A stretch of DNA of 64,000 bases, from NCBI GenBank assembly GCA_025361065.1, contig JANYAY010000147.1:2166-66165 (forward strand), in the 5' to 3' direction. Each line of letters begins with the position of its first letter. Position 1 is the first letter of the stretch. Source of the DNA: Deltaproteobacteria bacterium (GTDB lineage: Bacteria; Desulfobacterota; Syntrophia; Syntrophales; Smithellaceae). The notes beneath the pieces were generated by a model. That model did no database searches. It was not told the origin of the DNA and was given only the letters and a program-made list of their open reading frames with translations. Positions 1 to 9,007 of this stretch are shown piece by piece. The position numbers and the translations under genes were made by a program.

Positions 1-266
1 TAATGTAAAATGTAAATGGAGCAAACACCCTTTCCCCCCGGCGCAAACGACCGCCATCGCGCACCCGGGAATGCTTTGACATTTAACAACCCCCGCCGCA
101 AGCAGCGAGGTATTATTCCGCTTCTGCCTCAATCTGTTCGCCCCAAGGGGCTTGAAATATAACCTTCTGGATCCCGGATAGCTCCGCCTGCCGGGCGTCG
201 CTTCCGGGATCAATTCCACTAACGCTGTAAACTGCACTTCGCTTGTTTTCAGCGAGTGTCATTGAT

Positions 267-1559
267 TTAATCCGCTGTTTCTAGCTTTACCTTCTGTACC
301 TTTTTGTAATCCCTCACATAATAGAAGGAACCGATAAAAAACCCGATGGCCCCGACGAGCGAAAAGAGCGGAAGAAATTTGAACGCCGTAAGCAGATCAT
401 ACCTGTCGGATATGGCACCCACGAAAATCGGGCTCAGGCTGTAGCCCAGGAGCATCATGAAAAACTGCGCGAGACTGTAGGAGATGGCCCGGAGCCCGGG
501 ATGCACCACGTCCTGCGTGACGGCCGAACCACCGGCGGCGAACATGGGCGCTGTAAAACCGAAGAGTATCAGGAAAAAATACTGCGCCTTTCCTTCCAGA
601 AAGGAAAAGCCGATAAAAAGAAATAGTCCCGTCAGAAGGGAAGTAACCGCAGGTACGCTCATCCTCGCATTGAACCATTTCTTCCGAAGCCTATCGGTCA
701 GCATGCCGCCGATGGGGGCACCGAAGATCGCCAGCAGAAAAACGACGGCGGTCTTCACACCCGCCTGATCCATGGGGATCCCGTCAACCCTGTTGAAATA
801 CGAGGGCAGCCAGGTCATGAGTGCCGTGGTGACGAAAGTATTCCCTACATATCCCACATACGTAAAGAGAACCGTCGGTGTGCGCAGAAACTCCAAGGAA
901 ATATCTTTCCATCCCATATTGGTTTCTCCGGCACCGGCGTTTTTCGTGATCAGAACGGTCTTGTAATCTTTCACCCAGAAAAAGAGGATGGCCACTATCA
1001 AGCCTGGGATGGCGAGCAGGCCGAAAGCGTATCTCCAGCCCCAGTTTACAGCGATTATGCCGCCCAGGATGACACCGATGGCTGTACCCATCGGTATGGC
1101 GGCAGTGAAAAGCCCGTTCATGGTGGCGCGTTTTTCTTCGGGGAAATAGGCGGCGATCATCGCGTGCCCTCCGGAGGTATAGGCGGCCTCTCCGGCGCCC
1201 ACAATGGCCCGCATACTGAAGAGCTGAGTAAAGTTTCTGGTCAGTGCGCAAGCTGCGGTGGCGATACTCCAGAGGACAGCCATAGTCGCAATGGCTTTTT
1301 TACGGCTCCACCGGTCAACCAGGAAGGATACAGGGAATACGAATACCGTCATCATAAACGTCACGATGGAGGCAAACCAGCCGCAGTCGGTATCCGTGAG
1401 GTTCCATTCCACTTTGAGATACGGGAAAAGCGAAGCAATGACCATGCGATCGACGTAGTTGAAAAGGTAGAGAAGAAAAAGAAGCAGAAATACGTAATAC
1501 GCATATCCCCGGGAAACCTGAAACTCCTGAGTATCCTGTCTGTCCTGCTTTTGCACCAT
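267..1559 (-). CDS. MFS transporter
   Basis: 430-aa ORF with about 12 hydrophobic spans and an MFS-type N-terminal motif region (NYVDRMVIASLFPYL). ATG is preceded by GGAGGAG. Confidence 0.85.
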   Translation of the reverse strand: MVQKQDRQDTQEFQVSRGYAYYVFLLLFLLYLFNYVDRMVIASLFPYLKVEWNLTDTDCGWFASIVTFMMTVFVFPVSFLVDRWSRKKAIATMAVLWSIATAACALTRNFTQLFSMRAIVGAGEAAYTSGGHAMIAAYFPEEKRATMNGLFTAAIPMGTAIGVILGGIIAVNWGWRYAFGLLAIPGLIVAILFFWVKDYKTVLITKNAGAGETNMGWKDISLEFLRTPTVLFTYVGYVGNTFVTTALMTWLPSYFNRVDGIPMDQAGVKTAVVFLLAIFGAPIGGMLTDRLRKKWFNARMSVPAVTSLLTGLFLFIGFSFLEGKAQYFFLILFGFTAPMFAAGGSAVTQDVVHPGLRAISYSLAQFFMMLLGYSLSPIFVGAISDRYDLLTAFKFLPLFSLVGAIGFFIGSFYYVRDYKKVQKVKLETAD

Positions 1560-1703
1560 CGTGGCTCCTCCATTTTCGGGTTAGATCAGCCATTATCCGG
1601 TAAACTTCTGCATCGACACATACTATGAATTTTACAGTTGTTTCTTTTTGTGGTTGAGAAATAAGAACTACGATCTTATATTAAAGAAATCCCGGCAACA
1701 AAA

Positions 1704-2927
1704 TTATGTTTCTTTGCGCTTCTTTAGCGCCAGAGCGGCCATCAACCCTTTCTCACGGATAACCTTAAAGGCCAGACCTTTATCTGTCTGGTGGTAGAAG
1801 CGTTTGGCATATTTCTTGAGCATTTTTTTGTCTATCTCAAAGCCCAGGCCAGGGCGGGTGAAAGGTGCGAGCATGACGTTTTTGTCGGGAACGATGGGTG
1901 CGATGATGCCCTCGCGGAATTCCGGCACCCATGATGGCTCCTCCAGTGGATATTCCAGCGGGTGGGTATTGCCCTTGTCGGCCAGCACCAGGTTCCAGTT
2001 GATGTAGAAGCCGATGCCGTTGGTCCAGGTGTGCGGCGAATACTCACGGTTGTGCCGGTGGCAGGCATCAATGACCTGCTTGACCTGCGCAATACCTCCG
2101 GCAAAGACGGCGTCAGGCTGGTAAATATGGAAGCAGTCCTTCTCGAGCATGATCTTTATCTCGTCCCAGCCATGGTTAAGTTCAGCGCCTGATATCTTGA
2201 CCGGGGATACCTTCTTGAGTGCCGCCAGTCCATCATAATCGTGCCAGTCCAGTGGTTCCTCCAGCCATTCTATCTTGTTGTCGGCACAAGCCCTGGCAAA
2301 ATCGGTGGCGCGCCGGAGATCCCAGGCCGGGATGCGGTCGACGATGGAAACAAGCCACCCCTGGTTGGCGTCGACACCCAGGACGGGACCGTCGCCCACT
2401 CCCTTGCGAACCTCTTCAATGAGCCGGACATCGTCCTTGAATTCTCTGGCCTTAACCCGCAGTTTGAAAGTCTTAAAACCGCGTTCCTTCATTGCCAGAA
2501 GTTCCTCCACACGCTTTGCCGGTTCGTGCAATTCACCGAATGAGCAGTAAGCCTCGATAGGCCTGGCCTCCCCTCCCAGGAGTTCGTAGACCGGCTTGCC
2601 CTTGGCCTTACCGATGATGTCCCAGCAGGCGGGCTCTATCCAGTAGTTCAACCAGCCCAGGAAACCGGCCTGCTTAAGCAGGCTCTGGATGCGGTCGATA
2701 TCCATGGGGTCGGCGCCGATTATATATCCTCCGAGGAGTTCACCCACCCCCTGCCTTTCCTCACCCATGGCAATACCGGCGGACCAGCCTTCAATTCCTT
2801 CGTCCGTATTCAGTCTGATAAGTGTGAAGCGATTATGTGTCTGGGGGTAGCCCGGTATCCAGGTTGGCCAGAAGGTATGTTGGAGCGGGATATGGACGTG
2901 ATAAAGTTCAATCTCGTTTATTTTCAA
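1704..2927 (-). CDS. enolase-superfamily enzyme (mandelate racemase/muconate lactonizing family, sugar-acid dehydratase-like)
   Basis: 407 aa with family-typical stretches (FKLRVKA, GVDANQGW, IEWLEEPL). TTG start with GGAGGAGG 7 nt upstream. Confidence 0.85.
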   Translation of the reverse strand: MKINEIELYHVHIPLQHTFWPTWIPGYPQTHNRFTLIRLNTDEGIEGWSAGIAMGEERQGVGELLGGYIIGADPMDIDRIQSLLKQAGFLGWLNYWIEPACWDIIGKAKGKPVYELLGGEARPIEAYCSFGELHEPAKRVEELLAMKERGFKTFKLRVKAREFKDDVRLIEEVRKGVGDGPVLGVDANQGWLVSIVDRIPAWDLRRATDFARACADNKIEWLEEPLDWHDYDGLAALKKVSPVKISGAELNHGWDEIKIMLEKDCFHIYQPDAVFAGGIAQVKQVIDACHRHNREYSPHTWTNGIGFYINWNLVLADKGNTHPLEYPLEEPSWVPEFREGIIAPIVPDKNVMLAPFTRPGLGFEIDKKMLKKYAKRFYHQTDKGLAFKVIREKGLMAALALKKRKET

Positions 2928-3226
2928 AGCGTATCCTCCTCCAAAATTACCTGTGAATATTTACTTGCTGATAGTAGTATTATCTATGTAATTTTTTTGC
3001 TAAGATATTGCTGGATTTAAAGTGAACTATAAAATTGTCGGCCTTGCATGTCAAGGTAATATTAGGAACCGTTACGAAATAAATACCGCTGCGGGTCTTT
3101 TGACCTTCAGGTTATGGCAAGACCAAGTCGTTTATGCTGAACGGCTTAGTCACAGAATATGAGTTTTTGTTTAAATTTGTCATTAAGCGTGAGGCGCTAA
3201 TTGACGAATACGGAAAAATATGCCAA

Positions 3227-3325
3227 AACCAACCATCTCGCGAGCTCGCTCACGAGGTATGAAATAAACGACATTATATCGCAGCAAGCTGCGGAGAATT
3301 AACGCTCTTCCCGCAGTAGCGGGAT
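3227..3325 (+). repeat. ~100-bp structured intergenic repeat (SR100), copy 1
   Basis: Aligns over its full length with 7 other copies in the window. Contains the hairpins cgcagc-aa-gctgcg and a terminal cccgc..gcggg. Confidence 0.8.
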
Positions 3326-3408
3326 GACAATCACTTGAAAAACAGATATTAAAAAGAAAACAAAAACTTCTGGACAAAGTTTCTAAACAGAAAAGGAGAA
3401 GACAATAA

Positions 3409-4293
3409 ATGGCGGACACTGATGAAATCAAAGAAGCTAAAATGTTTTACACCGATATACCGCAAAAAACGGAGGGGTTTTTCCTCAAAGGTTCGAATTC
3501 CCTGGATTGGGGAATGAAAAACAGGCTGGCGCGGATATTTAATCCCATCTCCGGTCGGACGGTCATGCTGGCCATCGATCACGGTTATTTTCAGGGACCA
3601 ACCACCGGCCTGGAACGCGTCGATATCAACATTCTCCCTCTAGCGCCTTATGCCGACACACTGATGCTCACCCGCGGAATTCTGCGCAGCGTCGTGCCTC
3701 CTTCCACTTCTCAATCCATTGTGCTGCGCGTTTCCGGAGGCGCCAGCATTCTCAAAGAGCTCTCCAACGAAGATATCGCCGTGGATATTGAAGAATCCAT
3801 CCGCTTAAATGTCTGTGCCATGGCTGTCCAGGTTTTCATCGGCGGTGAGCACGAAAAAGAATCGATCATCAATATGACCAGAATGGTTGATATCGGCACC
3901 CGTTACGGCATTCCCACGCTCGCCGTAACCGCAGTAGGCAAGGATATGGCCCGCGATGCGCAATACTTCCGGCTGGCTTGCCGGATATGCGCCGAGCTTG
4001 GCGCCCACTATATCAAAACTTACTATATAGACAAAGATTTCGAGACCGTAACCGCATCCTGCCCTGTGCCAATCGTGATGGCCGGTGGCAAAAAGATACC
4101 GGAACAAGACGCCCTGACCATGGCTTACAATGCGATTCAGCAAGGCGCCGCCGGCGTCGATATGGGGCGCAACATTTTCCAGTCGGAAGCGCCGATTGCC
4201 ATGATTAAAGCCGTGCGGGCCGTCGTCCATAACAACGAGACTCCGGCCAGGGCTTTTGATCTTTATAATACTCTAAAGGCTGAAGGTAAGTAG
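3409..4293 (+). CDS. lsrF: LsrF-type class I aldolase-fold enzyme (DhnA/FbaB family; 3-hydroxy-5-phosphonooxypentane-2,4-dione thiolase-like)
   Basis: 294 aa, colinear with E. coli LsrF as I remember it ([55 protein letters not shown]). AAGGAG RBS. Confidence 0.7.
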   Translation: MADTDEIKEAKMFYTDIPQKTEGFFLKGSNSLDWGMKNRLARIFNPISGRTVMLAIDHGYFQGPTTGLERVDINILPLAPYADTLMLTRGILRSVVPPSTSQSIVLRVSGGASILKELSNEDIAVDIEESIRLNVCAMAVQVFIGGEHEKESIINMTRMVDIGTRYGIPTLAVTAVGKDMARDAQYFRLACRICAELGAHYIKTYYIDKDFETVTASCPVPIVMAGGKKIPEQDALTMAYNAIQQGAAGVDMGRNIFQSEAPIAMIKAVRAVVHNNETPARAFDLYNTLKAEGK

Positions 4294-4322
4294 GCTGAGG
4301 ACTGAAGCGAAGCCCGGCGAAT

Positions 4323-4490
4323 GAGACTGTGTCGTAATGACCATTTCGTCATTCCGTACAAGCGAAGCGCGATGAAGAGCCTGCCCCGTACTCGATACGG
4401 GGGAATCCAGTATTTTCAGTAAGTTCTAGATACCGGCTTTCGCCGGTATGACTGCTTTTATAGCGCTTCTTGCTATTACGACACAGTCTC
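4323..4490 (-). mobile_element. 168-bp MITE-like element (type A) with perfect 16-bp terminal inverted repeats
   Basis: TIRs are gagactgtgtcgtaat (4323-4338) and attacgacacagtctc (4475-4490), flanked by GAAT/GAAT. It has an internal hairpin ataccggc-tttc-gccggtat (4430-4449). A homologous copy lies at 45194-45605. Confidence 0.75.
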
Positions 4491-4531
4491 GAATGCCGCG
4501 GCTGCGGTCTTATTTCCTGAAATGAGAAAAA

Positions 4532-5656
4532 ATGAAAGTCGCCTACTGGTACAACAACAAAGATATTCGGCTGGAAGAAGTGCCGATCCCTAACCCTGGC
4601 CCGCAGGAGATGCTGGTCAAGGTTATTTCCTGCGGCATCTGCGGCAGCGATATCGTTGAATGGTACCGGCTCCCCAGAGCTCCGCTGGTGCAAGGACATG
4701 AAATTGGCGCCCAAATTGTAAAAATTGGTAATTGTGTAAAAAAGTATAAACCGGGCGACCGGGTTTTTATCGCCCCTAAAGTACCCTGCGGGAAATGTTT
4801 TTATTGCCGGGGCGGGCACTATCCCCAATGCTCAGAGGTTAAGGAGCGGCTCCCCGGCGGTTTTGCCGAATATATCCTGGTTCCGGAAATACTCGTAGAA
4901 AACGGCACCTATCTTCTGCCTGAGCAGATCACCTATGATCAAAGCACCTTCATTGAACCCCTGGCCTGTGTTGTCCGGGCACAGCGACTGGCGGGTGTAA
5001 ACCCCGTTAGAGATAACAGGGGCTTGGGTAATACAACCGGCGGCATTGAGCCACCACAATCTGAAATTTCCGGATCAAACCGGCACCGGGAGTCAGGAAC
5101 ACTCTCTAACGGGGTAAAAAAGAGTGACTCTGTGCTGGTGATCGGGTGCGGCATGTCGGGACTACTTCATGTAAAACTCGCCCGGGCGAAAGGGTGGAAG
5201 GTAATCGCCACCGACATCAACAAAAGAAAACTGGAATTTGCCGCGCAGCTGGGCGCAGACATCATCATTGATGCAACTGATAACGTTGCGGGTCAATTGG
5301 TTGCGGGAAACGGCAAAAAAGCCGACGTTGTATTTTTATGCTCCTCGGCAGATTCGGCAGTACAGCAGGCCTGGAACTGCGTAGATAAGGGCGGCGTGAT
5401 CGTCTTGTTTACGGTCCCCGAACCGGACAAGAAGGTTGTCGTGCCCATTAATGATTTCTGGATGAAAGAAATTACCGTTCTTACTTCTTATTACTGTGGG
5501 CCTCCCGATATTACTGAAGCGATGAAATTATTAGAATCCGGCAATATCATCGTGGATGACATGATCACACACCGCCTGCCGCTCGACGACATTGCTCAAG
5601 GTTTTAAATTGGTTACCGATGGCCGGGAATCAATCAAAGTAATTATAAAACCTTAA
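4532..5656 (+). CDS. Zn-dependent alcohol dehydrogenase (MDR family) carrying a 39-aa in-frame insertion
   Basis: Motifs CGICGSD, GHEIG and VIGCGMSGL (GxGxxG). The insertion NPVRDN...SNGV sits just before the Rossmann fold. Confidence 0.85.
   Translation: MKVAYWYNNKDIRLEEVPIPNPGPQEMLVKVISCGICGSDIVEWYRLPRAPLVQGHEIGAQIVKIGNCVKKYKPGDRVFIAPKVPCGKCFYCRGGHYPQCSEVKERLPGGFAEYILVPEILVENGTYLLPEQITYDQSTFIEPLACVVRAQRLAGVNPVRDNRGLGNTTGGIEPPQSEISGSNRHRESGTLSNGVKKSDSVLVIGCGMSGLLHVKLARAKGWKVIATDINKRKLEFAAQLGADIIIDATDNVAGQLVAGNGKKADVVFLCSSADSAVQQAWNCVDKGGVIVLFTVPEPDKKVVVPINDFWMKEITVLTSYYCGPPDITEAMKLLESGNIIVDDMITHRLPLDDIAQGFKLVTDGRESIKVIIKP
5002..5114 (+). mobile_element. 113-bp TIR element inserted in frame inside the ADH gene
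   Basis: Perfect 12-bp inverted termini ccccgttagaga (5002-5013) and tctctaacgggg (5103-5114), flanked by direct TAAA (4998-5001 and 5115-5118). 113+4 = 117 nt = 39 codons with no stop. Confidence 0.6.
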
Positions 5657-5676
5657 CCTTAAATGAGGAGGTCATT

Positions 5677-6330
5677 ATGACAGAAGCAACTAAGCTCGCT
5701 TTATGCGGTTTGAGGGATCTTTCCATGATCAAATGGTATATAATTCCTCTTCTATCTCTTGTTTTTTATGTTTATGCCCGTGAAATAAGAGAAGCGCGCC
5801 GGACTAAGGACTGGAACGCTCTACTGGCCGGTTTGACCATTTTCGGCGTTGATTTTTTCAACGAGACCTGGAACGGCTGGATATTGCATTTTACTGCTCG
5901 TTCCGCCTTCTGGACAACACCCGGTGATACGGCGCTGCGCACAATGGTGGGTTGGAATATCGAGATCATGTTCATGTTTCTGCTTTTGGGTATCATTTAC
6001 TACCATACTCTTTCGGAAAGCAAAAAAGAGAAAATACTGGGGATTCCCGAAAAGTGGTTCTGGGCAATAGGCTACAGTGTCTTTTGCGTTTTTGTTGAAT
6101 GCCTGCTGAATATCGGCGGATTGCTCGTCTGGGAATACCCCCTCTGGTCTTTATCTTTCCGGGGCATCTGGCTTATCTTCCTGATCGGCTACTTTCATTT
6201 CTTCTGCTTTGCCATTCTGGTTATCAGCCTGAAGGCGATGAAAAGCAAAATTATTACTGTAGGAATTATTTACGCGGTGCCGGTTATAATGAACATCCTT
6301 GCTTTCGGTTTCTGGGGCTGGATATACTAG
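5677..6330 (+). CDS. integral membrane protein, unknown function (~6 TM)
   Basis: 217-aa hydrophobic ORF with a GAGGAGG RBS, 20 nt after the ADH stop. No family recognised. Confidence 0.6.
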   Translation: MTEATKLALCGLRDLSMIKWYIIPLLSLVFYVYAREIREARRTKDWNALLAGLTIFGVDFFNETWNGWILHFTARSAFWTTPGDTALRTMVGWNIEIMFMFLLLGIIYYHTLSESKKEKILGIPEKWFWAIGYSVFCVFVECLLNIGGLLVWEYPLWSLSFRGIWLIFLIGYFHFFCFAILVISLKAMKSKIITVGIIYAVPVIMNILAFGFWGWIY

Positions 6331-7445
6331 AGTAAAGCTCCACCGATTTTTGCCTGCCGGATCTGCAAGAGTCTTTTTTTAAGCGTCATCAGCGATTCCA
6401 TATCCTGCTGAAGATAAGAATATTCAGCGGGCGCGGAAATGTTCCAACTGCCGGATATTTGAGCGATGGCGGTTTGAAATTCAGCGGCAAGGTTCGCAAA
6501 GGTAATTATCAGAGGAATGGGCGAGGCGAGGCTCCGATCAAGTCTACCGGCTGCCTCATAAGCGATAACCCTCAGGGTTTGCAGCAGGGCATGTACGGCG
6601 CCCAGCTCGCCTTGCCTTGTTTGGTCCGTTTCCGCCTTGTTTACACGGATGGCGTCAATCAACATGGTGAATTGCGCGGTCATACCGCCCAGGACAGGTC
6701 CCATCATCACCACATCTTCTATCTCCCCCAGGGGGACGACAATATCCTTCCAGGCGCATCCTTTCTTACCCAGAATAGATGCTTTTGCGACAAGGCAATC
6801 TTCCAGTCGAATGCCGCCATGAGGCGAAGGTTTTAAAAATTTCATGGTAAGCGGCGATGTGACGGTGACGCCGGGGGATGTGCGCGACACGATGAATGCT
6901 GTATAATGTTTTTTGGCCGGGGTCTCATCGGTTGCAGCAATGACAATAAAAATACCCGCAATCGGGCCGTTGGTCAGATAAGCCTTTTCACCGTTTAACG
7001 AATAATAAGAGGCGTGTTTTTTTGCCGACGTGGTCAGCATTTTAGGATGCGCACCGCGTCCCGGTTCGGAGACGCCAAAAGACAGTGTGATTTTACCTTC
7101 GGCTGCGCCGCGCAGGTATTGTCGCCGCTGCAGAGGTGTGCCGAACACGGCAATCACGTAATGAGCAAGAATCTGCTGATAAAGCCAGGAGAAGGCCAGA
7201 CCAAGGTTGCTGCCGCTTTGGACAAAAGCCTCTCCCGCCTTCAAAAGTGCGAGATAGCCCCCGCCCGCACCACCGTATATCTCTGCGATGCCGATTTTAA
7301 AAAGTCCGGCCTTTCCCATTTTTTGCCAGATATCAAGGGGAAATTCATGCCCCGTCTGCAAATCCAGGCGTGTGGCAATATGCTCGGCGGCAAAAGCCGC
7401 AGCCTGTTTGTATGTTATTATCTTGTTTTTATCCGGTTGCTGCAT
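6327..7445 (-). CDS. acyl-CoA dehydrogenase family protein
   Basis: 372 aa with ACAD-like N- and middle-domain stretches (FGVSEPGRGAHP, YLTNGPIAG). Confidence 0.8.
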   Translation of the reverse strand: MQQPDKNKIITYKQAAAFAAEHIATRLDLQTGHEFPLDIWQKMGKAGLFKIGIAEIYGGAGGGYLALLKAGEAFVQSGSNLGLAFSWLYQQILAHYVIAVFGTPLQRRQYLRGAAEGKITLSFGVSEPGRGAHPKMLTTSAKKHASYYSLNGEKAYLTNGPIAGIFIVIAATDETPAKKHYTAFIVSRTSPGVTVTSPLTMKFLKPSPHGGIRLEDCLVAKASILGKKGCAWKDIVVPLGEIEDVVMMGPVLGGMTAQFTMLIDAIRVNKAETDQTRQGELGAVHALLQTLRVIAYEAAGRLDRSLASPIPLIITFANLAAEFQTAIAQISGSWNISAPAEYSYLQQDMESLMTLKKRLLQIRQAKIGGALL

Positions 7446-7610
7446 ACTTTTTCCTCGTTACATCTACGCGTCAAGTGTTTTTGGTTTGGAAATCAACGAA
7501 ATATTACCATTTGAACTGTGGTTAACATTGTTTTTGCCAGTGTCCGACATGATGATATCGGTGATGACAAATTCGAAAGATTTCTTTCGGAGGAGATTGG
7601 GTCATTCCGA

Positions 7611-8123
7611 TTAAATATTGAACTCCTTCCTTACTCTGAGCGTAATTTCTTTCAACAGTGCTGATTTTATGAACAATGTGCTTCGTGAAGGAATCATGCT
7701 GAGTATAGATAATACTTCTTCCGGACTTTTCTGCCCCCGTCTTATAGATCGCAGAATAACACCAATCGTTCCATGAACCTTGAACCCCATACGCTCCGCA
7801 ACCATTCGGGCAGATGCGTCATCCGTAAGAAAAATAGCTTCTGGATGGCTTTCCATGATGGTTAATGCTTCAGTTTCTCCAATATCCAGGGCAAAGACTC
7901 TGCACATTGCCAAGAGACGGTCATCTGCGGGATTATGGCCACGCAATACACTGAATGGCAGTTTTGCTGTCAGGGCAAGAGGTTGATGTTTCTCGATTTC
8001 GTCAACAACGGAGGAGGGTAAGATGATCTTTCTGAAATCGCGAAGAAGGTCGAGGCAACTGATTTCATCGAGATGAATTATGGGACCGGCATCACATACG
8101 ATATCTGTGTCTGCGTCAATCAT
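7611..8123 (-). CDS. PIN-domain (DUF3368-like) toxin
   Basis: Acidic PIN residues in DAGPIIHL, VVDEI and FLTDDASAR..GTIGVIL. The ATG at 8123 overlaps the upstream antitoxin stop (ATGATTGA). The ORF track's longer start at 8144 is less likely. Confidence 0.7.
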   Translation of the reverse strand: MIDADTDIVCDAGPIIHLDEISCLDLLRDFRKIILPSSVVDEIEKHQPLALTAKLPFSVLRGHNPADDRLLAMCRVFALDIGETEALTIMESHPEAIFLTDDASARMVAERMGFKVHGTIGVILRSIRRGQKSPEEVLSILSMIPSRSTLFIKSALLKEITLRVRKEFNI

Positions 8124-8310
8124 TGCCGTGGAGACCCCATTCAATGTCGTCGCGAATGAACTTCTGCATCAAATCAGATTGGTGGGTATCGAGGAAACGA
8201 CGGATTGCTTCAGAAAATAAATCCTGTTCATCACGAAACCATCCCTCGCTAACAAGAGCGACGGCCTTGTTATACAGAGCTTCCGGCACCTCCGTTTGCA
8301 CTGTTTTCAT
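8116..8310 (-). CDS. putative antitoxin (ribbon-helix-helix-like)
   Basis: 64 aa, translationally coupled to the PIN gene. The segment ALVSEGWFRDEQDLFSEAIRRFL is RHH-like. Confidence 0.55.
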   Translation of the reverse strand: MKTVQTEVPEALYNKAVALVSEGWFRDEQDLFSEAIRRFLDTHQSDLMQKFIRDDIEWGLHGND

Positions 8311-8419
8311 AAGACTCCTCCAAGCACATCTAAAATATTTAATATAAAGTCAATTTCCTTGACTTCATTTACATTTACAATAGCAGATAGTAAAGAAATG
8401 AGCAAGGTCGGCTATGTTT

Positions 8420-8824
8420 GCGTTTTAGGAGAAGCGCCGCGACCCGGTTCAGAGACGGCAAAAGAAAAAGTGACCTTTCCTTCGGCTGCCGCGCACAGGT
8501 ATTGCCGCCGCTGCTCGGGTGTGCCAAACGAACCAACAACAGAATGAGCGATAATCTGCTGGAAGAGCCAGGATATGCCAAGCCCAAGATTGTAGCCGCT
8601 TTTAACGAAAGCCTCCCCCGCTTTCAATAGATCGAGATACCCGCCACCCGGACCGCCATATTTTTCTGCGATCCCGATTTTAAAGAGGCCGACCTTTCCC
8701 ATTTTTTGCCAGATATCAAGGGGAAATTCATGCCCCGTCTGCAGATCCGGGCGGCAGGCAATATGCTCGGCAGAAAAGTCGCAGCCTGTTTGTGTGTTTT
8801 AATTGGTTCGTCTAGTTGATGCAT
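8420..8824 (-). pseudogene. 5' fragment of an acyl-CoA dehydrogenase paralogue (truncated and frameshifted)
   Basis: Nucleotide-level alignment with 7040-7445, including a ~50-nt identical block (ctttcccattttttgccagatatcaaggggaaattcatgccccgtctgca). A 1-nt deletion relative to the intact gene lies near 8771-8782. Homology ends at ~8425. Confidence 0.75.
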
Positions 8825-9007
8825 ATTTCTCATGTTACACATACTAACAAATGATTTTGAAAATTCCTGACGTTGTGGATTACTATTCGAAAGGTGCCAC
8901 ATAGAGTTGAGTTGACCCGCCGAATCAGAGACTCTATGAACCACAACACACAGAATCTATACGAATCATACTGCATCCACGGGATCAACTCCAACAATTA
9001 TCTGGCT

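Noticed and set aside
85-120. Possible ninth, degenerate SR100-like fragment (caacccccgccgcaagcagcgaggtattattccg)
   Set aside because: Only about 30 nt resemble the left sub-repeat, and the terminal hairpin is absent. The match is too weak to count without a formal alignment.
3183-3582. Two minus-strand ORFs (82 and 77 aa) in the lsrF upstream region
   Set aside because: They run through an SR100 copy and the lsrF start. They have no RBS, and their hydrophobic low-complexity sequence is due to AT-rich intergenic DNA.
4349-4828. 159-aa minus-strand ORF spanning the MITE and the start of the ADH gene
   Set aside because: Its C-terminal part (…TENTGFPRIEYGAGSSSRFACTE) is simply the translated repeat. 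It recurs in the ORF 45383-45592. The rest is antisense to the ADH gene.
4998-5118. Intein or intron explanation for the 39-aa insertion in the ADH gene
   Set aside because: It is far too short for an intein and has no splicing-block residues. It has no group I/II intron features. The terminal inverted repeats plus the TAAA duplication point to a transposition footprint.
8624-8944. 106-aa ORF overlapping the ACAD fragment
   Set aside because: It is the frameshifted read-through of the decayed ACAD 5' end. MHQLDEPIKTHKQAATF... matches MQQPDKNKIITYKQAAAF... of the intact gene and then goes out of frame.
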